A stretch of 64,000 nt of DNA, taken from Candidatus Eiseniibacteriota bacterium (lineage in GTDB: Bacteria > Eisenbacteria > RBG-16-71-46). The position numbers and the translations under genes were made by a program. The notes beneath the pieces are model-generated. The model searched no databases. It was given only the letters and a program-made list of their open reading frames with translations, and had not been told where the DNA came from. Numbering within the stretch: position 1 is the stretch's first letter; every line of letters begins with the position of its first letter. The DNA lies in the NCBI GenBank assembly GCA_963744995.1, contig CAVUWA010000001.1, forward strand, positions 192,001-256,000. The letters are read 5' to 3'. Of the stretch, positions 8,970 to 19,323 are shown piece by piece.

Positions 8970-10850
8970 CTACAGAGGGACCTGACGGCCGATCTCCACC
9001 ACCCGGTCGGTGGGCAGCCGGTAGTAGCGGGTGACGCGGTGCTGATTGCGGGCGAGGAAAGCATAGAGCTCTCTGCGCGGGATGCTCATGCCGAGCTTAC
9101 GGCGCGGCACGCGGAACTCGTCGCCGGCGATGTACGTCACCGTGTCCAGGTCGAGGCCCAGCCCCTCCCTGCGATTGGCCTCGGCGAGCAGTTTCGGCAC
9201 GTCGACCGACTCCATGAAACCGACGTGCGCCACGATGCGATGGATGTCATCTCGCAGTGCCTCGACCCTCAGGCGCTCCTTCGCGGGCACGCGCGGCCGC
9301 CGCACGACGATCACGGTGAACAGAACCACGCGTCGGTGCAGCGCGTGATTGTGCGCGAGGTTGTCCACCAGGGCGCGGGGCGTTCCCGACGGATTGTTCG
9401 ACAGGTACACCGCCTGCCCCGGAACGCGCCGGTAGGTGCCGCCCCCGCCGATCCGGGCGAGGTGTTCGAGGGGATCGATCGCCAGATCGCGGGTTGCACG
9501 CTGCTCGATCGCGCTGCCGCGCATCCACGTCATCATGAGGAACATCACCCCCCCGCCCGCGGCGAGCGGCACCCAGCCACCATCGACGAACTTCATGAGA
9601 TTCGCGCTCAGGTAGGCGAGATCGAGCACCAGGAACAGACCGCACAGGGCGAGCGCCGAGCCGAGCGGCCAGCGGAACACCGAGCGCAGCGCGACGTACA
9701 GCAGCATCGTTGTGATGACCATCGTCGTCGAGATCGCCACGCCGTAGGCCGCGGCCAGTGCACCCGAGTGACGGAAGCCGAGTACCAGCGCGACCGTCGC
9801 AACCAGCAGGAACCAGTTCACCGCGGGCACGTAGATCTGACCGCGCTCCCGGGCCGACGTGTGCATCAGGTTCAGACGCGGCAGATAGCCGAGATGCACG
9901 GCCTGGAAGGTCAGCGAGAACGCACCGGAGATGATCGCCTGGGAGGCGATCACCGTGGCCGCGGTCGCGAGCACCACCAGCGGCCACAGGCTCCACCCGG
10001 GCGCCATTTGGTAGAAGGGCTGGGCGATCGCCGAGCCGTGGACGAGGATCAACGCGCCCTGACCATAGTAGTTGAGCAGCAGCGCGGGCAGCACCAGCAC
10101 GAACCAGCCGAGCCGTATCGGCCTTGAGCCGAAGTGCCCGATGTCGGCGTAGAGCGCTTCACCCCCGGTCACCACGAGAAACACGATGCCGAGAATGGCC
10201 AGCCCGTGCAGGCCGTTCGTCTGCATGAACGCCAGCGCATGCCGCGGGTCCACCGCCGCGAGCACGGACGGCGCGGTCGCGATCGAGCGCAGCCCGAACG
10301 CGGCGAGGGTACCGAACCACAGCAACATGATCGGGCCGAACAGGGTTCCCACGCGGGCGGTGCCGAGTTGCTGGACGGCGAACAGCGCCACCAGGATCCC
10401 AACCGTCACCGGGATCACCCAGCCGCCGAGGTTCGGGGCCACGATCTGCAGTCCCTCGACCGCGCTCAGCACGGAGATCGCCGGCGTGATCATGCCGTCG
10501 CCATAGAGCAGCGCAGCGCCGAAGATGCCGAGCAGCAGGATGCCGCGCCGTCCGTAGCCTTCGGACCGCCGCAGGACCAGTTCCATCAGCGCCAGGATGC
10601 CGCCTTCGCCTTCGTAGTCGGCCCGCAGGACGAACACCAGGTACTTGAGCGAGATGACGAGCAGCAGCGACCAGGTCACGAGGGAGAGGACGCCGAGCAC
10701 GTTCGCTTCGTTCGGCGCCACGCCGTAGTGGCCGAAGAAGCACTCGCGTACGGCGTAGAGCGGGCTGGTGCCGATGTCGCCATAGACCACGCCCAGCGCG
10801 GCGAGCGTCAGGAACGCGAGGCGGTCCGATGCCGGACGATCGTTGGCCAT
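8970..10850 (-). CDS. kup: KUP/HAK/KT potassium uptake transporter
   Basis: LGVVYGDIGTSPLYA, GEGGILAL, GDGMITPAISVLSAVEG, TGGEALYADIGHF, GQIYVPAVNW. Confidence 0.97.
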   Translation of the reverse strand: MANDRPASDRLAFLTLAALGVVYGDIGTSPLYAVRECFFGHYGVAPNEANVLGVLSLVTWSLLLVISLKYLVFVLRADYEGEGGILALMELVLRRSEGYGRRGILLLGIFGAALLYGDGMITPAISVLSAVEGLQIVAPNLGGWVIPVTVGILVALFAVQQLGTARVGTLFGPIMLLWFGTLAAFGLRSIATAPSVLAAVDPRHALAFMQTNGLHGLAILGIVFLVVTGGEALYADIGHFGSRPIRLGWFVLVLPALLLNYYGQGALILVHGSAIAQPFYQMAPGWSLWPLVVLATAATVIASQAIISGAFSLTFQAVHLGYLPRLNLMHTSARERGQIYVPAVNWFLLVATVALVLGFRHSGALAAAYGVAISTTMVITTMLLYVALRSVFRWPLGSALALCGLFLVLDLAYLSANLMKFVDGGWVPLAAGGGVMFLMMTWMRGSAIEQRATRDLAIDPLEHLARIGGGGTYRRVPGQAVYLSNNPSGTPRALVDNLAHNHALHRRVVLFTVIVVRRPRVPAKERLRVEALRDDIHRIVAHVGFMESVDVPKLLAEANRREGLGLDLDTVTYIAGDEFRVPRRKLGMSIPRRELYAFLARNQHRVTRYYRLPTDRVVEIGRQVPL

Positions 10851-10962
10851 CGCGACATATCATGGCCGCATCGCGCCGCGATGGCCAGCCTTCCATCATG
10901 AGCGCCTGGATGAGCTTCGAAGGAGCAGACGGGCACACCCTGGTCGAAGGTGAGAAGTCCCC

Positions 10963-12489
10963 CTACACGTCGAACTTCACGCCCTGCGCGAGCGGCAGCT
11001 GGTCGCTGTAGTTGATCGTTACCGTCTGGCGCCGCATGTAAAGCTTCCAGGCGTCGGAGCCGGCTTCGCGGCCACCGCCGGTGTCCTTCTCGCCGCCGAA
11101 CGCGCCGCCGATCTCGGCCCCCGAGGTGCCGATGTTCACGTTGGCGATGCCGCAGTCGCTGCCCGCCGCCGACAGGAACTTCTCCGCCGCGAACAGATCC
11201 TTCGTGAAGATCGCGCTCGAAAGGCCCTGCGGCACGCCGTTGTTGACGGCGATCGCCTCGTTCACGTCCTCGACCTCGATCAGGTACAGCACCGGCGCGA
11301 AGGTTTCCTCCTGAACGATCTTCATGTCGGCGCGCGCCTTCACCAGCGTCGGCTCGACGAAGAAGCCCGGCCGCTCGAGACGCTTGCCGCCGTAGAGGAT
11401 TTCGCCGCCCTCGGCGCGCACCTGGTCGAGCGCCTTCATCATGTCGTCGACCGCGCCCGCGTCGATCAACGGCCCCATCAGCGTGCCGTCTTCGAGCGGA
11501 TCACCGATCTTCACCGACGCGTACGCCTTCTTCAGGCGCTCGGTGAGCTTCGCCGCGATGCCCCTCTGCATCACCAGCCGGCGCAGCGACGTGCAGCGCT
11601 GGCCCGCGGTGCCGACGGCGGCGAAGGTCGCGGCGCGCATGGCGAGGTCCAGATCGGCGTCGTCGAGCACCACGATCGCGTTGTTGCCGCCGAGCTCGAG
11701 GATCGAGCGCCCGAAGCGCGGGCCGACCACCTCGGCGATGCGCCGGCCCATGCGACAGCTGCCGGTCGCCGAGATCAGCGGGATGCGGCGGTCGGCGAGC
11801 ATGCCGTCGCCGACGTCGCTGCCGCGGCCGACGACGAGGTTGAACACCCCGGCGCAGTCGTACTCCTGCATCACGCCATCGCAGATCTTCTGCACGGCGA
11901 TCGCGCACAGCGGCACCTTGGACGACGGCTTCCAGATCACGGTGTCGCCGCACACCGCGGCGATCGCGGCGTTCCACGCCCACACCGCGACCGGGAAGTT
12001 GAACGCGCTCACGACGCCGACCGGCCCGAGCGGCTGCCACTGCTCGTACATGCGGTGGGCGGGCCGTTCGCTGTGCATCGCGAGCCCGTAGAGCTGGCGC
12101 GAGAGGCCGACCGCGAAGTCGCAGATGTCGATCATCTCCTGCACTTCGCCGAGTCCTTCGGAGAGGATCTTGCCGTTCTCGAGCGAGACCAGCCGGCCGA
12201 GGTCCTCCTTATGGGCGCGCAGCGCGTTGCCGAGCGCGCGCACGACCTCACCGCGACGCGGCGCGGGGATCAGGCGCCACTTTTCGAACGCCGCCTCAGC
12301 CGCCTTCACGACCTGGTCGTAGTCGGCGGCCGTCGCCTGGCGGACCTTCGCGATGGTTTCGCCCGTGGTGGGATTCACCGACGCCAGCTCGGCGCCTTTG
12401 GTTTCGATCCAGCGACCCGTGCCCGCGCCCGGGTTCACATCCTGAATCCCGAGCCGCGAGAGCAGGCCGTTCAACGTCGTCGTGGTCAT
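10963..12489 (-). CDS. Aldehyde dehydrogenase family 7 (aminoadipate-semialdehyde/piperideine-6-carboxylate dehydrogenase-like)
   Basis: GEVQEMIDICDFAVGLSRQLYG, SAFNFPVAVW, LELGGNN, GTAGQRCT, GAEIGGAFGGEKDTGGGRE; AGGAGG SD. Confidence 0.93.
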   Translation of the reverse strand: MTTTTLNGLLSRLGIQDVNPGAGTGRWIETKGAELASVNPTTGETIAKVRQATAADYDQVVKAAEAAFEKWRLIPAPRRGEVVRALGNALRAHKEDLGRLVSLENGKILSEGLGEVQEMIDICDFAVGLSRQLYGLAMHSERPAHRMYEQWQPLGPVGVVSAFNFPVAVWAWNAAIAAVCGDTVIWKPSSKVPLCAIAVQKICDGVMQEYDCAGVFNLVVGRGSDVGDGMLADRRIPLISATGSCRMGRRIAEVVGPRFGRSILELGGNNAIVVLDDADLDLAMRAATFAAVGTAGQRCTSLRRLVMQRGIAAKLTERLKKAYASVKIGDPLEDGTLMGPLIDAGAVDDMMKALDQVRAEGGEILYGGKRLERPGFFVEPTLVKARADMKIVQEETFAPVLYLIEVEDVNEAIAVNNGVPQGLSSAIFTKDLFAAEKFLSAAGSDCGIANVNIGTSGAEIGGAFGGEKDTGGGREAGSDAWKLYMRRQTVTINYSDQLPLAQGVKFDV

Positions 12490-12657
12490 GACCGCCTCCT
12501 GAATGGTTGCGAAAGTTTCGCGCAGCGTAGCACGTCCCGCTGGGCGGGCGGCAGCCGCCGGGACGCGCTGCGCGGAACTCCATGAGTGCCGGCAGGGTCG
12601 GGGCACGGGCGTCCCCGGAGGATGCGCGGCGCCGGGCCTCCGGCTAAACTCGTGACC

Positions 12658-15600
12658 GTGCATCGATTCTCCCCCCCCCGTCTCCGGCGCGTTCCCGCCC
12701 CGGCGCCGCTCGCGACTCTGGCCGTGGCGGCGTTGCTGCTGGGATCGATCGCCAGCCACCGCGCCGCCGCCGATCCGGATGCGGGCGGCCTCGAGCGGAT
12801 CCGTGCCCTGATCGGCGAGCGGCGCTACGCCGCGGCCGAAAGCCTCGCCACCGCCGAACTCGCGGGGCTCGACCACGCCCCCGCCGACTCGCTGCGGATG
12901 GCCGATCTCATGGCCCAGTTCGTACGATCCAGGACCCTGCGCGGCGCTTTTCACGACAGCACCGCACGCGCGATGGCGCGGCGCGTGATCGCGATCCGCA
13001 CGCGCCGGCTGGGCGCGGCGGACTCGGCCGTGGCGGACGCGCACTACGCGCTCGCCTACCTCTACGGTCCCGCCGGCGAGATGGACTCGGCCGAGGTCCA
13101 CGCGCAGATCGCGCTCGACATTCGCGAACAGGCGCTCCAGCCGGGCGACTCGCTGATCTCCGAAAGCCTGCGGCTCATGGGCATGGTGCATCGCGATCGC
13201 ATGGACTTCGCAGCGGCGGAGGACTACTTCCGCCGCGCCTGGCAGCAACGGCTGATTTCGGGCCCCGAGGAGCGGCCCATGGTCGCCGTCCTGCTCGGCG
13301 AGCAGGGCAACTGCCTGCGGCAGATGGGGCGTTTCGAGGATGCGCGCCGGGCGCTCGAACACGCGCTGGCCGTCTACGACCGCACGCTCGGCAGGGAGTC
13401 GCTCGCGAGCGCGTCCATCTACGACTACCTGGCGCACGTCGAGCGCGAGGCGGGGCACCTCGCGCAGGCCATCGATCTGTCACTCGAAGCGCAGCGCATC
13501 GCGCGCCTGCACGTGCCGGAGAGTCATCGCGAGTTCATCCGTCTGCAGCGCAACATGAGCAACTGGCTGGTCGAGCTCGGCGACTACGCCGGAGCCCGCG
13601 CGATCCTCGAGCGCGCGCTGCCCCACTACGTCGCCATCTTCGGCGCCCACCACTGGCGCACGCTGGGCACCCTCCTTTCGCTGGGCATCGCGCGCGCGGG
13701 CTGCGACGACTCGACCGGCGCCATGCAGGCGCTGCAGACGGTGGAGCGCGAGTTCATGGCGAAGCCGGGGCCGCCGGACCCGCTGGTCGGCACGGCGCTG
13801 CTCTGGCAGGCGGAGCTGATGGCGACGCACGGCAACCACGCGGGATCGCTCGAGACCGCGCGTCGCGCGGTGCCGATCGAGCACGCCTCGCGGACCCCGA
13901 AGTGGCTGAACCTCGCCGAGCTGCAGATCTGCATCGTCCGCGACGAGGTCGCGCTCGGCGACACGGTCGGCCTCGAGGCGGACCGGCTCGAGCTGCTGCG
14001 CCTCGCAGACATGCGCCGGAGCGGCGGTTCGAACATCCCGCAGACGCTGCGGTCCACGAACGCGCTGGCCCTGAGCGCGCTCCGGCGCGAGCGCGAAGCG
14101 TGGCGTGAAGCGCTCGCCGCCGACCGCATCTCCCGCGAACGGCTGCGCGCCAACGTGCGCCAGCTGCCCGACCGCCGCGCGCTGCAGCTCTCGCTGCAAT
14201 ACACCCCGGCGCTCGATCTGGTGCTGGCGCTGGCGCCGGCGGACTCCGCAGGCCGCCTCGAGGCGGCCTGGGACGCGCTGGTGCGCGAGCGCGGGCTGGT
14301 GCGCAGCGAAGTCGAGCGCCGCCGTCTTCCACCGGCGGCACGCGGCGACACGGCGCTCGTCCGGCTGCACGCCCGCTGGATCGACGCCGAACGGCGGCAG
14401 GCGCAGGCCATCGTCGGCACGGCGGACGAGGCCGATTCGCTGAGCCGGGAACATCTGAACCGACTGCGCGAGGGCGCGGAGGATGCCGAGCGCGCGTGGG
14501 CGCGCGCGTTCGCGGCGCACGAAGGCGCGAGGCGTGCGGCCGAGCCGGGGTTCGAGGAGATCCGCGCGCGCCTCGGCGCAGGGCAGGCGCTGGTGGGATG
14601 CGTGCTGACCCCGGCCGCCGAGGACACGGCCCACGTTCTCGCGCTGATCGCCCGCGCCGGATCGGGCGGCATCGCGCGGGTGGATCTCGGCCGCGCGAGC
14701 GCGTTGCGCGCCGCGATCGAGCCGTGGCGCGAGCGGCTCGCCACGTCGCCCGGCCCGGGCGCGAAGCCCGATGGCAGGGCCGAACGCGAGTGCCGCCGCT
14801 ACGGCGCCCGCGTGCGGGCGCTCACCTGGGACCGGATCGCACCGCGCATCGGCGCTGCCCGCGAAGTCTTCGTCGTGCCCGACGGACCGATCGCGGACCT
14901 CGACTGGCAGGCCCTGCCGGACGGGGCCACCCGCTACCTCGTCGAAACCGGCCCGGTGCTCGCCGTGCTCAACGCCGAGCGCGAGCTGCTCGACACGCCT
15001 CCTGGCGGACCCCCGGGCGCGCTGCTCGCGGTGGGCGCGCCCGACTACGGCGTCCTGCCGGCGCCCGTGCCGGATGCGCAACGCGGCGCGGCGCGCCTCA
15101 TCGGCGACCCATGCAGCGGCGGCCTTCCGGAGCTGCCCCCGCTGCCGGGCACGGCCACGGAAGTCGAGGCCGTGGTGCGCACCTGGCCCGGCCGGGTGGA
15201 CACGCTCGAGGGCGCGGCGGCCGGCGAGGCCGCCTTCAAGCGCATGGCCCCCGGGCACGAAGTGCTGCACGTCGCGACGCACGGCGTCGTCGCGCGCGAC
15301 ACCTGCGCGGCGGCCACCGGCGGGCAGCGCGGGGTCGGCGGCCTCGAGCCGGTCGCCGCGCCACGGCAGCCGCGCGTCCACGCGGTGGCGGCGGGCGCGC
15401 CGCCGTCCGCGCCCGCGCACCTGCAGCCGCCTTCGCCGTGGCTCGGGCGCCGGGTCTGGCTGGCGCTCGCGGGGGCGAACGAAGCGCGTGCGCACACCGA
15501 AGACGAGAACGAAGGGCTGCTCACCGCCGAAGAGGTGCAGACGCTCGATCTCGCCGGGACCGACTGGGTGGTGCTCTCCGCCTGCCACTCGGGCCTCGGC

Positions 15601-15867
15601 CGGGCCTGGTCGCGCGAGGGCACCCTCGGCATGCGTCGCGCCTTCCACCTCGCAGGCGCCCGCACCGTGATCGCGAGCGCCTGGTCAGTCGAGGACGACG
15701 CCACGCGCGAGTGGATGGACGCCCTCTACGAGGCGCGGCGCCGGATCGGCCCGGACGCCGCGCGCGACGTGCGCGCCGCGAGCCGCGCCGTGCTCCAGCG
15801 CCGGCGCGCCGCGCAGCGTTCGACGCACCCGTTCTACTGGGCGGCATTCGACGCGACCGGCAGGTAG
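12658..15867 (+). CDS. Secreted TPR-repeat + CHAT (caspase-like) domain protein
   Basis: Signal-peptide-like N-terminus; helical TPR-like repeats; CHAT motifs VVPDGP, LPPLPGT..E, VLHVATHG, GLLTAEE, VVLSACHSG, AFHLAGARTVIASAWSVED, HPFYWAAF; start uncertain (12622/12652/12658). Confidence 0.88.
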   Translation: MHRFSPPRLRRVPAPAPLATLAVAALLLGSIASHRAAADPDAGGLERIRALIGERRYAAAESLATAELAGLDHAPADSLRMADLMAQFVRSRTLRGAFHDSTARAMARRVIAIRTRRLGAADSAVADAHYALAYLYGPAGEMDSAEVHAQIALDIREQALQPGDSLISESLRLMGMVHRDRMDFAAAEDYFRRAWQQRLISGPEERPMVAVLLGEQGNCLRQMGRFEDARRALEHALAVYDRTLGRESLASASIYDYLAHVEREAGHLAQAIDLSLEAQRIARLHVPESHREFIRLQRNMSNWLVELGDYAGARAILERALPHYVAIFGAHHWRTLGTLLSLGIARAGCDDSTGAMQALQTVEREFMAKPGPPDPLVGTALLWQAELMATHGNHAGSLETARRAVPIEHASRTPKWLNLAELQICIVRDEVALGDTVGLEADRLELLRLADMRRSGGSNIPQTLRSTNALALSALRREREAWREALAADRISRERLRANVRQLPDRRALQLSLQYTPALDLVLALAPADSAGRLEAAWDALVRERGLVRSEVERRRLPPAARGDTALVRLHARWIDAERRQAQAIVGTADEADSLSREHLNRLREGAEDAERAWARAFAAHEGARRAAEPGFEEIRARLGAGQALVGCVLTPAAEDTAHVLALIARAGSGGIARVDLGRASALRAAIEPWRERLATSPGPGAKPDGRAERECRRYGARVRALTWDRIAPRIGAAREVFVVPDGPIADLDWQALPDGATRYLVETGPVLAVLNAERELLDTPPGGPPGALLAVGAPDYGVLPAPVPDAQRGAARLIGDPCSGGLPELPPLPGTATEVEAVVRTWPGRVDTLEGAAAGEAAFKRMAPGHEVLHVATHGVVARDTCAAATGGQRGVGGLEPVAAPRQPRVHAVAAGAPPSAPAHLQPPSPWLGRRVWLALAGANEARAHTEDENEGLLTAEEVQTLDLAGTDWVVLSACHSGLGRAWSREGTLGMRRAFHLAGARTVIASAWSVEDDATREWMDALYEARRRIGPDAARDVRAASRAVLQRRRAAQRSTHPFYWAAFDATGR

Positions 15868-15996
15868 GACGCCGCGCACATACGCCGCGCCGCGGAAGTC
15901 CGGCCCACACCCCACCTGACCCGCACCCGGCGTCGAGCCGCCCGGGCCCGTCCCGCCGCGCCGCCGCGGTTGCTCCGCGTCACGCGCAATGCTTTC

Positions 15997-16533
15997 ATGC
16001 GCCCACCCATGCCCTCCTCTCCGCCCACTCCCGCTCCCGGCGAGCGCGTGCTCGCGCTGTGGCGGCGGCTCGCGCCGCTGCCGTTCGGCCGTGCGCTGTT
16101 CATGTGGGCGTTCGCGCGCCGGGTGCCCTATTCCGGCGCCCTCGGGGCGCGCGTCGAGGCGCTCGAGCCCGGGTACGCCCGCGTGCGGCTGCGCGACCGG
16201 CGCGCGGTGCGCAATCATCTGGACTCCGTGCACGCGATCGCGCTCGCCAACCTCGGCGAGCTGACGAGTGGCCTCGCGATGACCACCGCCCTCCCTGCCG
16301 GCGTGCGCGGGATCGTCATGCACCTCGAGATCGACTACGTGAAGAAGGCGCGCGGCACGCTGACCGCCGAGAGTCGCGTGCTGGTGCCGGCGGTCACGAC
16401 GGACCTCGACCACGAGGTGCGCGCCACGATTCACGACGAATCGGACGAAGCCGTCGCGACGGTCGCCGTGCGCTGGCGGCTGAGCCCAGTGGCGGACGCT
16501 GCGCTTCGCCCCGTACCGCCCCCGGCCGCATGA
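15997..16533 (+). CDS. Hotdog-fold thioesterase (PaaI/DUF4442-like)
   Basis: PYSGALG, RNHLDSVHAIALANLGE, IDYVKKARG; start 15997 or 16009. Confidence 0.85.
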   Translation: MRPPMPSSPPTPAPGERVLALWRRLAPLPFGRALFMWAFARRVPYSGALGARVEALEPGYARVRLRDRRAVRNHLDSVHAIALANLGELTSGLAMTTALPAGVRGIVMHLEIDYVKKARGTLTAESRVLVPAVTTDLDHEVRATIHDESDEAVATVAVRWRLSPVADAALRPVPPPAA

Positions 16534-17504
16534 TCGACACGCCGCTCACCCGCCACGCCGGGATCCAGGTGCCGCTCGTCTGCGGAGCGATGTACCCGTG
16601 CAGCAACCCCGAGCTGGTCGCCGCCGCATCGGAGGCGGGCGGCATCGGCATCGTGCAGCCGGTCTCGCTCACGTTCGTCCACGGCTACGCCTTCCGCGCG
16701 GGGCTCAGGCGGATCCGTGCGCTGACCGCGAAGCCGATCGGCATGAACGCGCTGATCGAGAAGTCCTCGCGCGCCTACATGCGCCGCATGGAGCAATGGG
16801 TGGACATCGCGCTCGAGGAGGGCGTGCGCTTCTTCGTGACTTCGCTCGGCAACCCGCGCTGGGTCGCCGAGCGCGCGCATGCGGCGGGCGGCATCGTGTA
16901 CCACGACGTCACCGAAGCGAAGTGGGCCGCCAGGGGGGCCGAGGGCGGGGTGGACGGGCTCATCGCCGTCAACCGCCGCGCCGGCGGCCACGCGGGACCG
17001 AGGGCGGCCGGGGCGCTGCTCGAGGAACTCCGGCCGTTCGGGCTGCCGGTCGTCTGCGCGGGCGGCGTCGGCGACGCGCGGGAGTTCGCCGCCGCACTCG
17101 CCATGGGCTACGCCGGGGTGCAGATGGGCACGCGCTTCATCGCGACCACCGAGTGCACGGCGAGCGAGGCGTACAAGCGCGCCATCGTCGCCGCCGCCGA
17201 GGACGACGTCGTGCTCACCGAGCGCGTCACCGGGGTCCCGATCGCGGTGCTGAACACCCCCTACGTGAAGCGGGTGGGCACGCAGGTCAACGCGTTCGAG
17301 CGCTGGATGCTGCGCGGCCGCCGGCGCAAGCGCTGGATGCGCTCGTTCTTCGCGCTGCGCTCGGGGCTCGCGCTCAAACGCGACGCGTTCCGCACCGGCG
17401 ACGCCGCCGAGTACTGGCAGGCCGGCCGCAGCGTGGCGGCGATCCACGACGTCGTTCCCGCCGGCGACGTGGTGCGCGCCTGCGCGGCGGCGATCCGCGG
17501 CTGA
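16530..17504 (+). CDS. Nitronate monooxygenase / FabK-like FMN oxidoreductase
   Basis: MYPCSNPELVAAASEAGG, AGGHAG, AGGVG, GVQMGTRFIATTE; ATGA overlap with the thioesterase. Confidence 0.88.
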   Translation: MIDTPLTRHAGIQVPLVCGAMYPCSNPELVAAASEAGGIGIVQPVSLTFVHGYAFRAGLRRIRALTAKPIGMNALIEKSSRAYMRRMEQWVDIALEEGVRFFVTSLGNPRWVAERAHAAGGIVYHDVTEAKWAARGAEGGVDGLIAVNRRAGGHAGPRAAGALLEELRPFGLPVVCAGGVGDAREFAAALAMGYAGVQMGTRFIATTECTASEAYKRAIVAAAEDDVVLTERVTGVPIAVLNTPYVKRVGTQVNAFERWMLRGRRRKRWMRSFFALRSGLALKRDAFRTGDAAEYWQAGRSVAAIHDVVPAGDVVRACAAAIRG

Positions 17505-17601
17505 GCCGGACCGGTTCCGGCTCGAGCCGCCCCGGGAAATTGTCCTCGATCGACCGCGCGGTGCGAAGTATCCTGAATCGGTCACGCGAGAGGAGGTCCT
17601 C

Positions 17602-18318
17602 ATGAAACGGCTTCTGTGGTTCTGCGCACTGGGCACTCTGTGGCTGACGGTCCCGGCACCGGCGCGGGCGGGCGGCTACCCCGATCCCGGAATGGGCGAC
17701 CTGCCACCCTTCATCACGGTCGTGGGAACGCATCTCGAGGGAGGCGTGCCGGTTGCCGACCCGGCCGGCGCGTTCACGGTCCACGTGCGCGATCTCGCGC
17801 AGAACCCCCTGCCGAACGTTCCGGTCACGGTCGACGTGTCGCTCGCCACCGACATCGTGCTCTGCACGATGCCCATTCCCGGACAGACGGTGGACTGCAC
17901 GGCGAAGACCGTCCTTGCGGTCACGGACGCGCAGGGCGCAGCCACGTTCACGATCGTGGGCGCGGCCCGCAACAGCGGTGCGGTCGGTGGCGTCGCCGCG
18001 CCGGGCGCCGGGCTCGACGCCATCCGCGTCCGGGTGGACGTGGGAGCGGGCCCCGTTCTGTTCGGAACCATGAGCGCCGCCGTGCTCGACCAGAACGGCG
18101 CCGTGGGCGGCAACGGGGTCAACGCGCTCGACCTCGCCTACTTCAGCGACGACCTCGCTTCGGCCGCCCTGACGGCCACGTATCGTGCCCGCTCCGACTA
18201 CAACTACGACGAGGCCAACTCGGGGGCGGATCTTGCGTCGTACCTGGACCACCTCGGCGCCGCCGTCCTCGGAACCGGGTCCGGACTGGGATGCCCGGGG
18301 GCGGCATATTGCCCCTGA
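17602..18318 (+). CDS. Secreted protein, Ig-like beta domain plus C-terminal dockerin/EF-hand-like Ca-binding repeats
   Basis: Signal peptide ending ARA; VRD..NP.PNVPV..TDAQG.ATF (Ig/Big-like); DQNG..GVNALDL and DYNYDEANSGADL; GAGGAGG SD. Confidence 0.7.
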   Translation: MKRLLWFCALGTLWLTVPAPARAGGYPDPGMGDLPPFITVVGTHLEGGVPVADPAGAFTVHVRDLAQNPLPNVPVTVDVSLATDIVLCTMPIPGQTVDCTAKTVLAVTDAQGAATFTIVGAARNSGAVGGVAAPGAGLDAIRVRVDVGAGPVLFGTMSAAVLDQNGAVGGNGVNALDLAYFSDDLASAALTATYRARSDYNYDEANSGADLASYLDHLGAAVLGTGSGLGCPGAAYCP

Positions 18319-18441
18319 TCGTCGCGGGCGATCGCACGCGGCGGGATCGAGGGGTTGCGGGTGCGACGGCTTCGCGGCGGCGATCCGCGGCGCCCGGGCG
18401 CGCGGCGCTTCATACGGCAGGTATCCGCTCGCCGGCGTCCT

Positions 18442-19251
18442 TCAGCCCGCTGCCGCGCGCAGCAGGCCGATCACGCCGGAGAAGTTCCGCAGCGGCCGAT
18501 CGCCGTCCCCGAACGACGCCTGGGCGCGCGCGCCGGCCTCGGCGATGTCGAGCGCGGTGCGACCGTCGCGCGAGCGGATCGCCGGGTCCGCACCGGCCTG
18601 CAGCATGAGCTGCACGAAGCGGGTGGCATCGTCGGTATAGCGCAGCTCGGCGGCGGCGTGCAGGGCGTTCGTGCCCGGGCGCGGCTCGATGGCGTTCGGG
18701 TCGGCGCCGTGGGCGAGCAGCACCTCGGCGACTTCGGCGTGTCCGACCAGGGCCGCGCAGGACAGCTCGCCGTCGTCCATGCGCGCGCCGCGCTCGAGCA
18801 GCTCCTTCGCCACCTCGACCTGGTTGCCGAACGCAGCCCAGCCGAGCGGGCTCAGCGAGGTGCTGCGGTCGTTGACCTGCTCCGGGTCCCGATCGAGCAT
18901 CGCCCGCAGGTCCTCGAGACGGCCGAGGATCGCGGCCGCGCAGATGTCGAGTTCGGCCCCCGCATCGAGCAGGGCCTTCTGCGCCCCGGGCTGCGCGTGC
19001 TCGATGGCATCGTGCAGCGCGGTGCGGCCCTCCTCGGTGCGCGCCTCGAGATCGGCGCCGTGACGGACCAGCAGCCGGATCATGCCCGCCTGCCCCTCGC
19101 GGGCCGCCACGTGCAGCGGCGTGCTGCCCGCTTCCGGGGACTCGGTCCCGGCGCGCAGCACCGTGCGCACGAGGTCGCGGTCCTTGTCGATCATCGCCCG
19201 CGCCGTGACGAGGTCGCCCCTGCGCACCGCGTCGAGAAACCGCTCGCTCAT
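18442..19251 (-). CDS. Ankyrin repeat protein
   Basis: GSTPLHVAAREG, GRTALHDA, SPLGWAA, NALHAAA, GRTALDIA; LL..GAD repeats. Confidence 0.9.
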   Translation of the reverse strand: MSERFLDAVRRGDLVTARAMIDKDRDLVRTVLRAGTESPEAGSTPLHVAAREGQAGMIRLLVRHGADLEARTEEGRTALHDAIEHAQPGAQKALLDAGAELDICAAAILGRLEDLRAMLDRDPEQVNDRSTSLSPLGWAAFGNQVEVAKELLERGARMDDGELSCAALVGHAEVAEVLLAHGADPNAIEPRPGTNALHAAAELRYTDDATRFVQLMLQAGADPAIRSRDGRTALDIAEAGARAQASFGDGDRPLRNFSGVIGLLRAAAG

Positions 19252-19323
19252 TCGAAAGCCTCTCTCCCGCCCGTGTCCCGGGGCGCGGTCCGCCGCGCGC
19301 CGCGCCGCGAGGTCGGATCGCCC

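Noticed and set aside
12490..16000. CHAT protease as part of a CRISPR type III-E or gasdermin defence system
   Set aside because: No repeat-spacer array, cas gene or recognisable effector nearby; neighbours are metabolic genes.
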